Positions 1-10,181 are shown, numbered from the stretch's first letter. The stretch: DNA of 31,238 bases from Atribacterota bacterium (GCA_038203565.1 JBBRDV010000011.1:1-31238); one strand, 5' to 3'. Numbers and translations are program-made. The notes: generated by a model not told the origin, from the letters alone.

Positions 1-156
1 TATCTATATAATGTTTTAGGCTAATTTTAATAATTATTTAATAAACTCACGCTAGATTACATCTTTTTTACCCTTCCAGGTTAGTCCACTTTTATCTTTT
101 AAATCATTAAAAAAGAGTCCGGTTTTATCTTTTAATTGACACAATATTAAAACGGG

Positions 157-185
157 TTGACTCTATTCGTTTCTACGATTATAAT
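157..185 (+). promoter_or_regulatory. sigma70-type promoter for the sulfur operon
   Basis: TTGACT (157-162), 17-nt spacer, TATAAT (180-185), about 110 nt upstream of the MBL gene. Confidence 0.6.
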
Positions 186-293
186 TAAATTAGTGTTAAA
201 ATTTATGATAAAATAAATTTTATAAATTACTGTAATTATTTTTTTAAACGTTTGGGTAAAAGCATAATAGGTAAATAAAGGGAGGTTGAGTTT

Positions 294-1646
294 ATGTTTT
301 TTAAAAGAGTCGAAACTAAAGGACTTGCACACTATTCATATATGATTGGCGATGGAGAGTATATTGCTGTAATTGACCCAATGAGAGATGTCGGAGTTTA
401 TATGCACGAGGCTAGGAAAGCTGGAATGCAAATAAAGTATATTTTTGAGACTCATAGAAATGAAGATTTTGTGGTTGGTTCAAGAGAACTTGGTGAAAAG
501 ACTGGTGCAAAAATATACATATCAGGTCACGAGGATCTAGATTTTGAATACGGTGAAAAGATCAGAGATGGTTTTGAGTTAAAGGTTGGAGAGATAAGGA
601 TTAAAGCTTTACACACACCTGGGCATACTCTTGGACATTTAAGTTATGTGCTCTATGAAAAGGATAGTAAAGAAGCATATATGGTATTTACTGGGGATTG
701 TCTATTCATGGGAGACCTTGGTAGAACGGACTTTTACGGCAAAGAGAATCTAGATAAAATGACAGGGTTACTATACGATAGTGTATTTAAGAAACTTTTA
801 CCGCTTGGAGATAAGGTTTTACTATTTCCTGCACACGGAGCGGGTTCTGCCTGTGGAGATGATATGGATGAACGTGAGTATTCAACTCTGGGCTATGAAA
901 GGTTAGCCAATGATGACTTAAAAGTAGACTCAAAAGAAGAGTTTATTAGTAAATTCGGGAAGATGAGAATAAAGCCTCGCTATTTTGATTCAATGGAAAA
1001 ACTTAATTTGAAAGGCGATTCTTTTGTGGGTGCAGAAATTATTTTAAATCCAATTACTCTCCATGAGTTTAAACAAATAAAGGATGATGCGTTAGTTCTT
1101 GATATTAGAAATAAAGAGGCTTTTATTGGAGGACATATTCCAGGTTCTATTTATATGTCAAAAGACCAAATATCTACTTTTCTAGGAGCTATATACACAA
1201 TTGATCAAAAAATCGCTTTTGTTATAAATGGTACTATTGATAATATTGAGGAAGTTTATTGGTACTGTAAAAGAATAGGATTTGATAATATAGTTGGCTA
1301 TCTTCCAGATGGGTTAGGACAATGGGAGCAAAGTGGAGAAGAACTCGAAAAACTTAATACGATAACTGCAAAAAACTTTAAAGATCTTTCAGGGGAAAAA
1401 GAATTTATTCTCTTAGACGTTAGGAAGAAAGATGAAATAGGATCAGATGATCCTGATAAAAATAGAATAAACATACCCCTTCAAAACATTTATAAATGCC
1501 TGGAGCATTTGGTATATGAAAAGCCGATTTATGTATTATGCGCATCTGGTGAAAGATCAACCCTAGGAGCATCCTATCTTAAAGCAAGAAAATATGATAC
1601 AAAGGTTGTAACTGGTGGGACTGAAATGTTGGAAGCGCTGGAATAG
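294..1646 (+). CDS. MBL-fold metallo-hydrolase fused to two rhodanese domains (CstB/Blh persulfide-dioxygenase-like)
   Basis: Motifs ETHRNEDF, HTPGHT, FTGD, PAHGAGSACG; first rhodanese domain (LDIR..GHIPGS) lacks the catalytic Cys, second has LCASGERS; RBS GGGAGG. Confidence 0.9.
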   Translation: MFFKRVETKGLAHYSYMIGDGEYIAVIDPMRDVGVYMHEARKAGMQIKYIFETHRNEDFVVGSRELGEKTGAKIYISGHEDLDFEYGEKIRDGFELKVGEIRIKALHTPGHTLGHLSYVLYEKDSKEAYMVFTGDCLFMGDLGRTDFYGKENLDKMTGLLYDSVFKKLLPLGDKVLLFPAHGAGSACGDDMDEREYSTLGYERLANDDLKVDSKEEFISKFGKMRIKPRYFDSMEKLNLKGDSFVGAEIILNPITLHEFKQIKDDALVLDIRNKEAFIGGHIPGSIYMSKDQISTFLGAIYTIDQKIAFVINGTIDNIEEVYWYCKRIGFDNIVGYLPDGLGQWEQSGEELEKLNTITAKNFKDLSGEKEFILLDVRKKDEIGSDDPDKNRINIPLQNIYKCLEHLVYEKPIYVLCASGERSTLGASYLKARKYDTKVVTGGTEMLEALE

Positions 1647-1671
1647 GCGGGACATTAAGGGGAGAATCACT

Positions 1672-3459
1672 ATGACCATGGATATAGCACTCGTGTTTAT
1701 TGTACTCTTTATTGCAGCCGTAATGTTTTCAACTGAAAAAGTTAGAAATGATATCGCTGCGATTATAATAATGTTAGCTTTAACCTGGCTTCAATTATTA
1801 ACAATTGATGAAGCGTTTTCTGGGTTTTCTTCAAATGCGGTAATTTCTGTAATGGGAGTTATGATTATTGGCTACGGAATTGAGAAGACTGGATTAATGG
1901 ATTCTTTGGCAAATATGATAATTGACAAGGTTGGGACTAAGGAAAATAGAGTTATAGCGATTACATCTGCAACTGTTGGAGTTATGTCCTCATTTCTACA
2001 AAATATAGGTGCAGTTGCACTTTTTCTACCTGCAGTAAAAAAAATTAGCAGCGAATCTGGAATAAGTCCTCAACGAGTAATTATGCCTATGGGCTTTGCA
2101 GGTATTCTTGGTGGAACACTTACGATGGTTGCATCTGGCCCGCTTATCATTCTTAATGATTTATTAAAAGATGCAGAACACGATGCATATGGACTGTTTG
2201 AGGTAACTCCAATAGGCGTAGCTTTACTTTTGTCGGGTGTAATCTATTTCTATTTTCTTGCAGGAAAGATACTACCAGGCGAAAGAAACAGAAATAAAGG
2301 GCTTCATGATGAATTGTTAGATATCTACAATTTGCCAAAGCAAATATACGAAGTAGATATAAATAATGAGTCTAAGCTTATAGAAAACAGCATTGAGGAA
2401 TTAAATATTTGGCAGACTTATGAGATTCATATTCTTGGAGTTTATGATTCTGGGAGTACAACCTATATTCCATGGCGAAAAACAAGATTTAATAAAAAGC
2501 AGACAATTGCTGTATTTGGGGATCAAAATAATATTGAGAAGTTTTTAAAAGATTTTAGTTTAGAGGCTAAAAAACAACTGGAGATATTTAGTGAGTTGGA
2601 AAATAAAAAACTTGCTGGTTTTGCGGAAATCATTTTGCCACCAGATTCTACTCTTGCAGGTAAGACACTACGAGAAATTGCAATAAGAAAAAACTATAAA
2701 ATAGAGCCAATAATATATATTGATACTGATGGCAACAGGTTGACACTAATGGAAAGAGAAATGAAGTCTGGAATTAAATTGATAGTGTTTGGACGTTGGG
2801 AAGATATTATAAGTTTAAAGGAGTCTAAAGAGTTTGTTGTTATCACTGAGGTTGAAAATCCGGAAAAAGAAAATCGTAGCGATAAAAAATACTATGCGCT
2901 AGGGATCCTGGGATTTGCTATAGCTTTAATCCTTTTGGGATTTCCACTTCCTCTTAGTTTTTTTACAGGCGCCATACTTATGATATTTACAGGTGTTTTA
3001 TATAAAGAAGAACTTTATAAGGCTATTAACTGGAAGACTGTTTTTTTGTTAGCGGGTCTTATACCACTGGGTATTGCATTTGAAAAAAGTGGGGCAGCGA
3101 AGCTTACCGCTGAAACAATAATAGGTTTTATTGAAAACTTCAATGTAATTTTTATCATTTTTATAATAGGGATTGTAACTGCTGTTTTTTCATTATTTAT
3201 GTCAAATGTAGGAGCAACAGTTCTATTAGTACCGCTAATTCTTATTATGTCAGAGAATTTTGGGATTGACCCAAGGGCGATGGCTCTTTTTGTAGCGGTA
3301 TCTGCTTCAAATTCTTTTATAATACCTACGCATCAAGTAAATGCCTATATTATGGGTCCGGGAAATTATAAAACAGGAGATTATCTAAAAACAGGTGGAT
3401 TATTAAGCGTTTTATTTTTAATAGTTTCCACCACAATGGTTTATTTCTTTTATATTTAG
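1672..3459 (+). CDS. SLC13/DASS family permease with TrkA-C domains
   Basis: Hydrophobic N and C regions with AFSGFSS, SFLQNIGA, LGGTLT, FMSNVGA, PTHQVNAYIMGPGNY; soluble central TrkA-C-like region; start moved to ATG 1672 after RBS GGGGAG. Confidence 0.88.
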   Translation: MTMDIALVFIVLFIAAVMFSTEKVRNDIAAIIIMLALTWLQLLTIDEAFSGFSSNAVISVMGVMIIGYGIEKTGLMDSLANMIIDKVGTKENRVIAITSATVGVMSSFLQNIGAVALFLPAVKKISSESGISPQRVIMPMGFAGILGGTLTMVASGPLIILNDLLKDAEHDAYGLFEVTPIGVALLLSGVIYFYFLAGKILPGERNRNKGLHDELLDIYNLPKQIYEVDINNESKLIENSIEELNIWQTYEIHILGVYDSGSTTYIPWRKTRFNKKQTIAVFGDQNNIEKFLKDFSLEAKKQLEIFSELENKKLAGFAEIILPPDSTLAGKTLREIAIRKNYKIEPIIYIDTDGNRLTLMEREMKSGIKLIVFGRWEDIISLKESKEFVVITEVENPEKENRSDKKYYALGILGFAIALILLGFPLPLSFFTGAILMIFTGVLYKEELYKAINWKTVFLLAGLIPLGIAFEKSGAAKLTAETIIGFIENFNVIFIIFIIGIVTAVFSLFMSNVGATVLLVPLILIMSENFGIDPRAMALFVAVSASNSFIIPTHQVNAYIMGPGNYKTGDYLKTGGLLSVLFLIVSTTMVYFFYI

Positions 3460-3475
3460 TGAAAGGAGCATAAAT

Positions 3476-3988
3476 ATGGAATTTTTCGAATTGAAACAAT
3501 GGTCACCTTATATAGTCGGCACACTAATAGGCATGCTTAACATTGGGGCACTCTTAGTTTCGAAAAAACCTTTGGGAGCATCTACAAGCTTTCTTAAAAT
3601 AGGTGGCATGATTTACAAACAATTTGATAAAGAAGGTGTAAAGACCAATGCGTACTATCAAAAGAAGAAACCGGAAGTTGACTGGGGTGTAATGCTTATC
3701 ATGGGTATTGTATTGGGTGCATTTGTTTCATCTATGTTATCAGGAGACTTCGCGCTAATAGCGATTCCAGATGTATGGGCAGGCGCTTTTTCGGGTAGGT
3801 TCGGCATTAGATTTATTGTAGCTGTATTTGGTGGTATTCTTCTGGGGATAGGTGCTAGATGGGCAGGAGGCTGTACAAGCGGACACGGAATCAGTGGTAC
3901 GAGTCTATTATCCCCAATCAGCTGGGTTGCAGCGATTTGCTTTTTTATCGGCGGGATTACTACTGCGTATCTTATTTATGGAATTTAG
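3476..3988 (+). CDS. YeeE/YedE family sulfur-compound (thiosulfate) transporter subunit
   Basis: WSPY..G, PLGAST, GARWAGGCTSGHGISG motif. Confidence 0.88.
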   Translation: MEFFELKQWSPYIVGTLIGMLNIGALLVSKKPLGASTSFLKIGGMIYKQFDKEGVKTNAYYQKKKPEVDWGVMLIMGIVLGAFVSSMLSGDFALIAIPDVWAGAFSGRFGIRFIVAVFGGILLGIGARWAGGCTSGHGISGTSLLSPISWVAAICFFIGGITTAYLIYGI

Positions 3989-3999
3989 AGGTGATGTAA

Positions 4000-4551
4000 A
4001 TGGCTAAAGAAAAAGATATTGGAAGATTAATACAAGGGCTAGTAATTGGATTTTTATTTGGATTCCTTCTTCAAAAGGGAGGAGTTAGTAAATACGATGT
4101 AATAATTGGACAGCTAAAACTGATAGATTTTACTGTTATCAAAGTTATACTTACAGCAATAATTGTAACAATGCTAGGAATAAGCTTCCTATATCCTAAG
4201 GGTTTGATAGAAGTTAAAGGAAAATCAGGCTCTATAAAAAATGCGATAATAGGCGGTTTGATTTTTGGTGTAGGATTTGGAATCCTTGGATATTGTCCGG
4301 GTACTATAGCAGCTGCAATAGGAAATGGATATATCGATGCATTAACTGGAGGGCTATTAGGAATACTGCTTGGAACCTTTGTTTTTGCTAAGCTATATTC
4401 TAAATTAAAGGATAAGGGTGTGTTAACAAAGGATAAATTTCACAAATATAGCTTATTTCACAGCTTAAAGAAAAAATCTTTTTTGTTCACAATACCGTTT
4501 GCAACATTCTTAATTATTGTTTTATATATTATTGAGTTGAAAGGTCTTTAG
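4000..4551 (+). CDS. YeeE/YedE family sulfur transporter subunit (second type)
   Basis: GFLFGFLLQKG, GGLIFGVGFGILGYCPGT motif. Confidence 0.88.
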   Translation: MAKEKDIGRLIQGLVIGFLFGFLLQKGGVSKYDVIIGQLKLIDFTVIKVILTAIIVTMLGISFLYPKGLIEVKGKSGSIKNAIIGGLIFGVGFGILGYCPGTIAAAIGNGYIDALTGGLLGILLGTFVFAKLYSKLKDKGVLTKDKFHKYSLFHSLKKKSFLFTIPFATFLIIVLYIIELKGL

Positions 4552-4922
4552 AACTTTCAACTCGTGTATTCTTCTAACATCCTTTCGAAAACCTTCTTCA
4601 GTTTTTTCAGACAAACTTTAGGATAGCTTGTTTTGAAGGGTGTTACAATAGATTTTCGTCATTGCTTCTATAATCCTTTGGTTGAAATCGTGACACATGA
4701 AAAAATCAGGTATGAAAAGCTTAAAATCGAGTTTGGTATTGTCTAAAATGGCATATCAGCTTTTAAAAGAATTTTCCTGTGAGAAAAGCGAAAAATCGGA
4801 CACAAGGTAGTGGTTTTCTGAATGGGATTGAAAGAATATCCAATAACCAGATTGATAAATGAAGATGGATTTTATGCTACTGCAGTTTCAATGACTGCGG
4901 GCGCTAATACCATTTGTTTGTC

Positions 4923-4952
4923 TTGACTATCGAAGGATTTTTAATGTATAAT
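4923..4952 (+). promoter_or_regulatory. sigma70-type promoter for the GlsB-hemerythrin-catalase cluster
   Basis: TTGACT (4923-4928), 18-nt spacer, TATAAT (4947-4952). Confidence 0.5.
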
Positions 4953-5039
4953 ATTTTTAGTAGGATTCACGGTTTTTGTAACAGAAGTTATGGTATACCG
5001 AGGAACCTACGCGGACCAAATAAATATAGGAGGGATCAT

Positions 5040-5300
5040 ATGGGTATATTATCTTGGATTGTATTGGGTGCACTGGCCGGATGGGTTGCAAGCATAATGA
5101 TGGGGAGGAACTCATCGATGGGAGCGATTGCCAATATTGTGGTTGGTATTGTCGGTGCACTTATTGGCGGCTATGTGATGAGCATGGTTGACGGTCAGGG
5201 TGTGACAGGGTTTAATTTAACAAGCTTTCTAATCGCGTTGCTAGGGTCAGTCATACTGCTTGCGATTGTCAACTTCTTTTCTAAGGGAAAAGCAAGATAA
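5040..5300 (+). CDS. GlsB/YeaQ/YmgE family stress-response membrane protein
   Basis: MGILSWIVLGALAGWVAS...NIVVGIVGALIGG...SFLIALLGSVILL pattern; RBS AGGAGG before ATG 5040. Confidence 0.92.
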   Translation: MGILSWIVLGALAGWVASIMMGRNSSMGAIANIVVGIVGALIGGYVMSMVDGQGVTGFNLTSFLIALLGSVILLAIVNFFSKGKAR

Positions 5301-5326
5301 CAAGAATACATTAAGGAGAGAAATAA

Positions 5327-5788
5327 ATGAACATATTAGAAGAAATCAAAAAAGAGCACGAAGAATTTAGAGGGTTAGTATCTCAGATTGAAAATTCACG
5401 GAATAATAAAAAGAAACAATTGTTTGAAGAGCTATATGCTAAACTGATCGGTCATCATGAAGCAGAAGAACATGTACTTTTCCCGGATGTTAAAAAAAAT
5501 TCTGATGGCGAAGGTCAGGAAATCGTCAGAGAAATGATAGAAGAACATAGTTTGGCTGCCTGTCAACTAAGCGTCATACAAAAAACCTCTTTAGAAAATG
5601 AGACTTGGGATGCAAAGTTTAGTGTACTAAAAGAGGTGTTAACGCATCATATGGATGAAGAAGAAAAATCTCTTATTAAGCAAGCCAAAAAAGTTCTAGA
5701 TAAAGAAATATTGGAAGCAAAATATGAAGCCTTCGAAACTACTATGGAAAAATATCAAGAGCAACAAGAAAAAAAATTAAAGAGCTAA
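5327..5788 (+). CDS. Hemerythrin (HHE cation-binding) domain protein
   Basis: KEH, HHEAEEHVLFP, EEH, HHMDEEE ligand spacing. Confidence 0.85.
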   Translation: MNILEEIKKEHEEFRGLVSQIENSRNNKKKQLFEELYAKLIGHHEAEEHVLFPDVKKNSDGEGQEIVREMIEEHSLAACQLSVIQKTSLENETWDAKFSVLKEVLTHHMDEEEKSLIKQAKKVLDKEILEAKYEAFETTMEKYQEQQEKKLKS

Positions 5789-5794
5789 TGAAAA

Positions 5795-5842
5795 TATAAA
5801 GCATGCCATGATTTTTAAGAGATGATCATGGCATGCTTTATA
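5795..5842. terminator. Perfect 18-bp inverted repeat between the hemerythrin and catalase genes (terminator or RNA stabiliser)
   Basis: TATAAAGCATGCCATGAT, 12-nt loop, ATCATGGCATGCTTTATA. Confidence 0.65.
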
Positions 5843-5894
5843 AGGGATCAAAAAATTGTTATTCAAGCTTATATTAAATTAGGGAGGTTTGATT

Positions 5895-7919
5895 ATGAAA
5901 GATAATAATAATTACGAGAAAAAGGTGAATAAGAAACAAGAACAGCTTGAAAAGTTTAAAGTATATGATGAAGGTGAGACTCTAACTACAAATACAGGAA
6001 TGAAAATAACTGAAGATGAAGAGTCTCTAACTGCTGGAAAAAGAGGACCTACGTTACTGGAAGATTTTCATTTTAGAGAGAAAATGATGCATTTCGACCA
6101 TGAGAGAATTCCTGAAAGAATCGTTCATGCAAGGGGTCATGGTGCTCATGGAACATTTACTGCTACAAAGAATATGAGTATGTTTACAAAAGCTATATTG
6201 TTTTCCGAAGAAGGAAAAGAGACGCCATTTTTTATGAGATTTTCTCAAGTTGCAGGAAACAAAGGATCAGCTGATACGGTTAGAGATGTAAGAGGGTTTG
6301 CTATGAAGTTCTATACAGAAGAAGGGAACTACGATATAGCCGGGAACAATATGCCAGTGTTTTTCATTCAAGACGGTATGAAGTTCCCTGACTTTATTCA
6401 TGCAACGAAGATGGAACCTCATCATGATATGCCTCAAGCCTCTTCTGCTCATGATACCTTTTGGGACTTTATATCTCAAAATCATGAAACCGCACACATG
6501 CTTATGTGGGTCATGTCAGACAGAGGGATACCAAGATCTCTTTCTATGATGGAAGGGTTTGGAGTTCATACCTTTAGATGGATAAATAAAGAAGGAAAAT
6601 CTCATTTTGTTAAATATCACTTTAAGCCTCTTCTTGGAGTACATTCTCTAGTATGGGATGAAGCCCAAAAGATTTCCGGAAAAAACCCTGATTTTCACAG
6701 AAAAGATCTCTGGGAAGCAATAGACAAGGGAGAATTTCCGGAGTGGGAAGTCGGAGTTCAGATTATTCCTGAAGAAGACGAATTGAAATATGGAATAGAT
6801 CTTCTTGACGCTACGAAACTTATCCCGGAAGAAATGGTCCCAGTCACTATGATTGGAAAGATGCAACTTAATAGAAATCCAGATAATTTTTTTACAGAAA
6901 CGGAACAAGTAGCATTTCATCCTGGACATATTATCCCTGGAATAGACTTTACAAATGATCCTCTTCTTCAAACTAGATTGTTTTCTTATCTTGATACGCA
7001 GATATCAAGGCTTGGAGGACCAAACTTTAATGAAATTCCAATAAATAAACCAATCGCTCCAGTGCACAATAATCAAAGAGAAGGAATGCACAGGATGGCG
7101 ATTAATCCTGGAAAAGTAAGTTACCATAAGAACTTTTTAAAAGATAATGATCCACATGAATCAACCGATAAACATGACTACAGACATTATGCAGAGAAGG
7201 TAGAAGGATTTAAGATAAGACAAAGAAGCGAAAGCTTTGATGATCATTTTTCACAAGCTATCATGTTCTATAATTCCATGAGCGAAGTTGAAAAGCAGCA
7301 TATTAAAGATGCTATTTCCTTTGAGTTAAATAAATGTGAAACTGAACAGGTAAGGCAAAACACGGTCGATATGATAGCGAATATAGACAAAGAATTAGCA
7401 GAGTATGTAGCCAAAAAGCTAAACCTTACAGTACCAAACGTTGAGGTTAAGAAACCAAAATATATTTCAGAAGCGTTAAGCCAAATGAACACTAAGTTTA
7501 CTGCTAAAGGAAGAAAGGTCCTTATCCTTCTTTCTGATGATTCTTTTGAAGATGAAGCAAAAAATATTATGGATTTATTAAAAAAAGAAGGCTGCGCCTC
7601 CGAGACAGCCATGCCAAAAATCTCAGATGGTAAAAAACTTAAAATAGACTTTCAGATAGACACTCCTGACTCTGTACTCTATGATGGGTTAGTTGTGCTA
7701 TCAGGCAAAGATCCCGATCCTATGTTTAAGAAAAAGTGTACCGACTTTTTAAACGATGCTTTTAGCCATTTTAAAACAATTGCTCCACTCGGAGCTTCAG
7801 CAAACTGGTTAGAAGATTGGAAAGTAAAAGAACCTGGAGTTTTGGATAAAAAAGGAGTAGAAAATATTGCAAGAGAGATATCAAAGCATAGACATTGGGA
7901 TAGGAAAATTGTTAAATAG
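5895..7919 (+). CDS. katE: Large-subunit heme catalase (HPII/KatE type) with C-terminal DJ-1-like domain
   Basis: FDHERIPERIVHARG active-site motif, RLFSYLDTQ heme-ligand motif, C-terminal extension ending HRHWDR; RBS GGGAGG favours ATG 5895. Confidence 0.95.
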   Translation: MKDNNNYEKKVNKKQEQLEKFKVYDEGETLTTNTGMKITEDEESLTAGKRGPTLLEDFHFREKMMHFDHERIPERIVHARGHGAHGTFTATKNMSMFTKAILFSEEGKETPFFMRFSQVAGNKGSADTVRDVRGFAMKFYTEEGNYDIAGNNMPVFFIQDGMKFPDFIHATKMEPHHDMPQASSAHDTFWDFISQNHETAHMLMWVMSDRGIPRSLSMMEGFGVHTFRWINKEGKSHFVKYHFKPLLGVHSLVWDEAQKISGKNPDFHRKDLWEAIDKGEFPEWEVGVQIIPEEDELKYGIDLLDATKLIPEEMVPVTMIGKMQLNRNPDNFFTETEQVAFHPGHIIPGIDFTNDPLLQTRLFSYLDTQISRLGGPNFNEIPINKPIAPVHNNQREGMHRMAINPGKVSYHKNFLKDNDPHESTDKHDYRHYAEKVEGFKIRQRSESFDDHFSQAIMFYNSMSEVEKQHIKDAISFELNKCETEQVRQNTVDMIANIDKELAEYVAKKLNLTVPNVEVKKPKYISEALSQMNTKFTAKGRKVLILLSDDSFEDEAKNIMDLLKKEGCASETAMPKISDGKKLKIDFQIDTPDSVLYDGLVVLSGKDPDPMFKKKCTDFLNDAFSHFKTIAPLGASANWLEDWKVKEPGVLDKKGVENIAREISKHRHWDRKIVK

Positions 7920-8039
7920 TTTTTCGATAGACTTTTTTTAGTCAAGGAATAATACCTCGGGAGAAAATTGTGAAGAAAAACTGGGTTTAAAATAATAAAG
8001 AAAAAAGTCATATGTAAGGTGACTTCAATACCCTTGTTT

Positions 8040-8072
8040 AAAGGGGTAAAGTCTCAACAGGTTGACCCCTTT
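8040..8072. repeat. Solo palindromic copy of the Y1-element end (two ends head to head)
   Basis: AAAGGGGTAAAGTCTCAACA matches 11941-11960 at 18/20 and is followed by GGTTGACCCCTTT, an inverted end. Confidence 0.65.
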
Positions 8073-8073
8073 C

Positions 8074-8232
8074 TTTTTGGAATTCGGTGATAAAATACCC
8101 ATCGGCGTAATTTATAAAGAGTCTAAACACACATTTAACGAGAAGAACGAAGTACTAAAAGGCAGCGAGATTCTTATCGACAAGAAAACAGATCCTGCCG
8201 CTATCGATAGACTTATAAAAGAATTTATATAG
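8074..8232 (+). pseudogene. 3' fragment resembling the C-terminus of a 2-oxoacid:ferredoxin oxidoreductase beta subunit
   Basis: Hand translation LEFGDKIPIGVIYKESKHTFNEKNEVLKGSEILIDKKTDPAAIDRLIKEFI*; no RBS; begins right after the palindrome. Confidence 0.55.
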
Positions 8233-8268
8233 ATATAATAAAAATCGTAACCTTCATTTAAGCGTTGT

Positions 8269-10171
8269 TTAGTTAGTCCTTAACAATCTAAGACCATTTA
8301 GTATAACGACTAATGTACTTCCTTCATGAACAAGTACACTAATTATTATATCCGCTAATCCTAATAAATTAACCACAATTAAAAAGACTACAACTACCAT
8401 TGAAAAAATAATGTTTTACCAAATAACACGTTTCATTTTTGAAGAAATATCATGTGAATTTACTAATTTAGATAAATCATTCCGCATTAAAACTAGATCA
8501 GATACATCTACTGCAACATCAGTACCATCTCCCATAGCAATCCCGACATCTGCCTTAACGAGAGCAGGTGCATCATTTACACCATCTCCCACCATGGCGG
8601 TCACACCATATTTTTCTTTTTGTTCATTGATAATATTCGATTTATCTTGCGGCATGACATTCGCAATTACTTCATCTATTCCTAATTGTTTGCCGACGGC
8701 TTGTCCTGTCATTTCAGAATCCCCAGTAATCAAAGTGGTGTGGATACCATGTTTTTTAAAGTAATCAATGGTTGCTTTCGCGCATATTCGCTAGGGATAT
8801 CCATTAGTGCTATCAGACCAATCACTTTTTCATCTTCTGCTATGTATACAACTGTCTTTCCTTCTGAAGCCCATTCCTTATTTAAGCGTATATATTTATC
8901 AGAGACAGCTTCAAAAGAAGTAGGTTTCCCTATACGATAATTTTTTCCTTTATGATCACCTGCTAGACCTTTCCAGATTTGATTTGTCACTTCTATGTCT
9001 AACTTACCTCTAGTTTCAATCTTTTCCAAAATAGCATTGGCTAGAGGGTGATTAGATTCTTTTTCAAGAGCCACTATAATATCAATGACATTTTCAACAT
9101 TTACAGAATCAGTAAAATAGTAATTGGTGACTTCCGGTTTTCCACGAGTAAGAGTCCCTGTTTTATCAAAGGCAATGGCGTCTATATCTGCTAATTGTGA
9201 GAGATACGTACTTCCTTTTGAAAGGACTCTTTTTTTGCAAGATTAGAGGTTGCAGACAGTGTTACGGAAATGGTGCTAGCGGCCAAGGCACAAGGAGAGG
9301 CTGTAACTAAAAGAACTAACCCTCTATAAATACTTTGTGACCATGTCCAATCAAACAAAAAGAACGTAAGTAAAATAACAAGTGGGATTGCAACCAAAAC
9401 AAAAGAAACGTATTTAGGTTCAAACTTTTGGATAATACTAGCCGCTTTTGTTTGATTTTCTTGATTTTGATTCACTAATTGTAAAATTTTTGAGAACACA
9501 GTATCTTTATTTTCTTTCGTTACTTTCATCGAAAAACTACCTGTTCCATTTATTGTACTTCCAAAAACTGTCTCTCCTTTCGACTTTTCTTTAGGAATAC
9601 TTTCACCATTAATAGCAGATTCGTTAATGGAAGTGCTACCAGATAAAATTATTCCGTCAATAGGTACTTGATCACCATTTAACACTTGTAATTGATCCCC
9701 AACTTTTAGATCATTGACATCAACGATTTTAGTCTTTCCATCAGGCATGATTAGTCTAGCTGTTGTTGGATTCATTTCAATCAACTTAGTAATTTCTCTT
9801 TTGCTTTTGCCTTCAGCGAAATCTTCAAGAAAATTGGCTCCAGAAAAAATCAGAATCAATAACGTTCCTTCCCAATAATTTCCTATTACGGAAGCCCCAA
9901 TTGCAGCTAATCCCATTAGAATATGAGAATTAGGTGAAAACTTCTTTTTATTTTTAGTGTGCCCAATAGTCTCTCTTAATCCTTCAACAACAATGACATG
10001 ATAGCCTGCTGTAATTGTAGCAATTGAAAACAAACTATTTTGTAGTAACAGATATTTTTCGCTCAATAATAATGCGATAATTGCCAATGCTAAACCAATA
10101 AAATACATATAAATGGGTTCTTTTCCATTATTATGCTCTTCGTGAGATTGTTGCTCTTTTATGTTGTTCAT
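8269..10171 (-). pseudogene. P1B-4-type heavy-metal P-type ATPase (Co/Zn/Fe), disrupted
   Basis: NGES(TGES), SPC, DKTGT (after a frameshift near 9230), HP, TGD, GDGVNDAP, HEGST..NGLRLL; second frameshift near 8775 and an in-frame TAA at 8416-8418. Confidence 0.9.
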
Positions 10172-10181
10172 TTTTATCACC

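Noticed and set aside
4825..4834. GGATTGAAAG resembling a CRISPR repeat 3' end
   Set aside because: Single copy, no spacer periodicity and no cas genes.
4552..4913. Possible IS end or gene remnant between the YeeE and GlsB genes
   Set aside because: Only short broken frames, with no recognisable motif or partner repeat.
6054..8011. Antisense ORFs over katE, and similar shadow ORFs over the ABC, IS and PQQ genes
   Set aside because: They are opposite-strand or off-frame shadows of well-supported genes, with no RBS or motifs.
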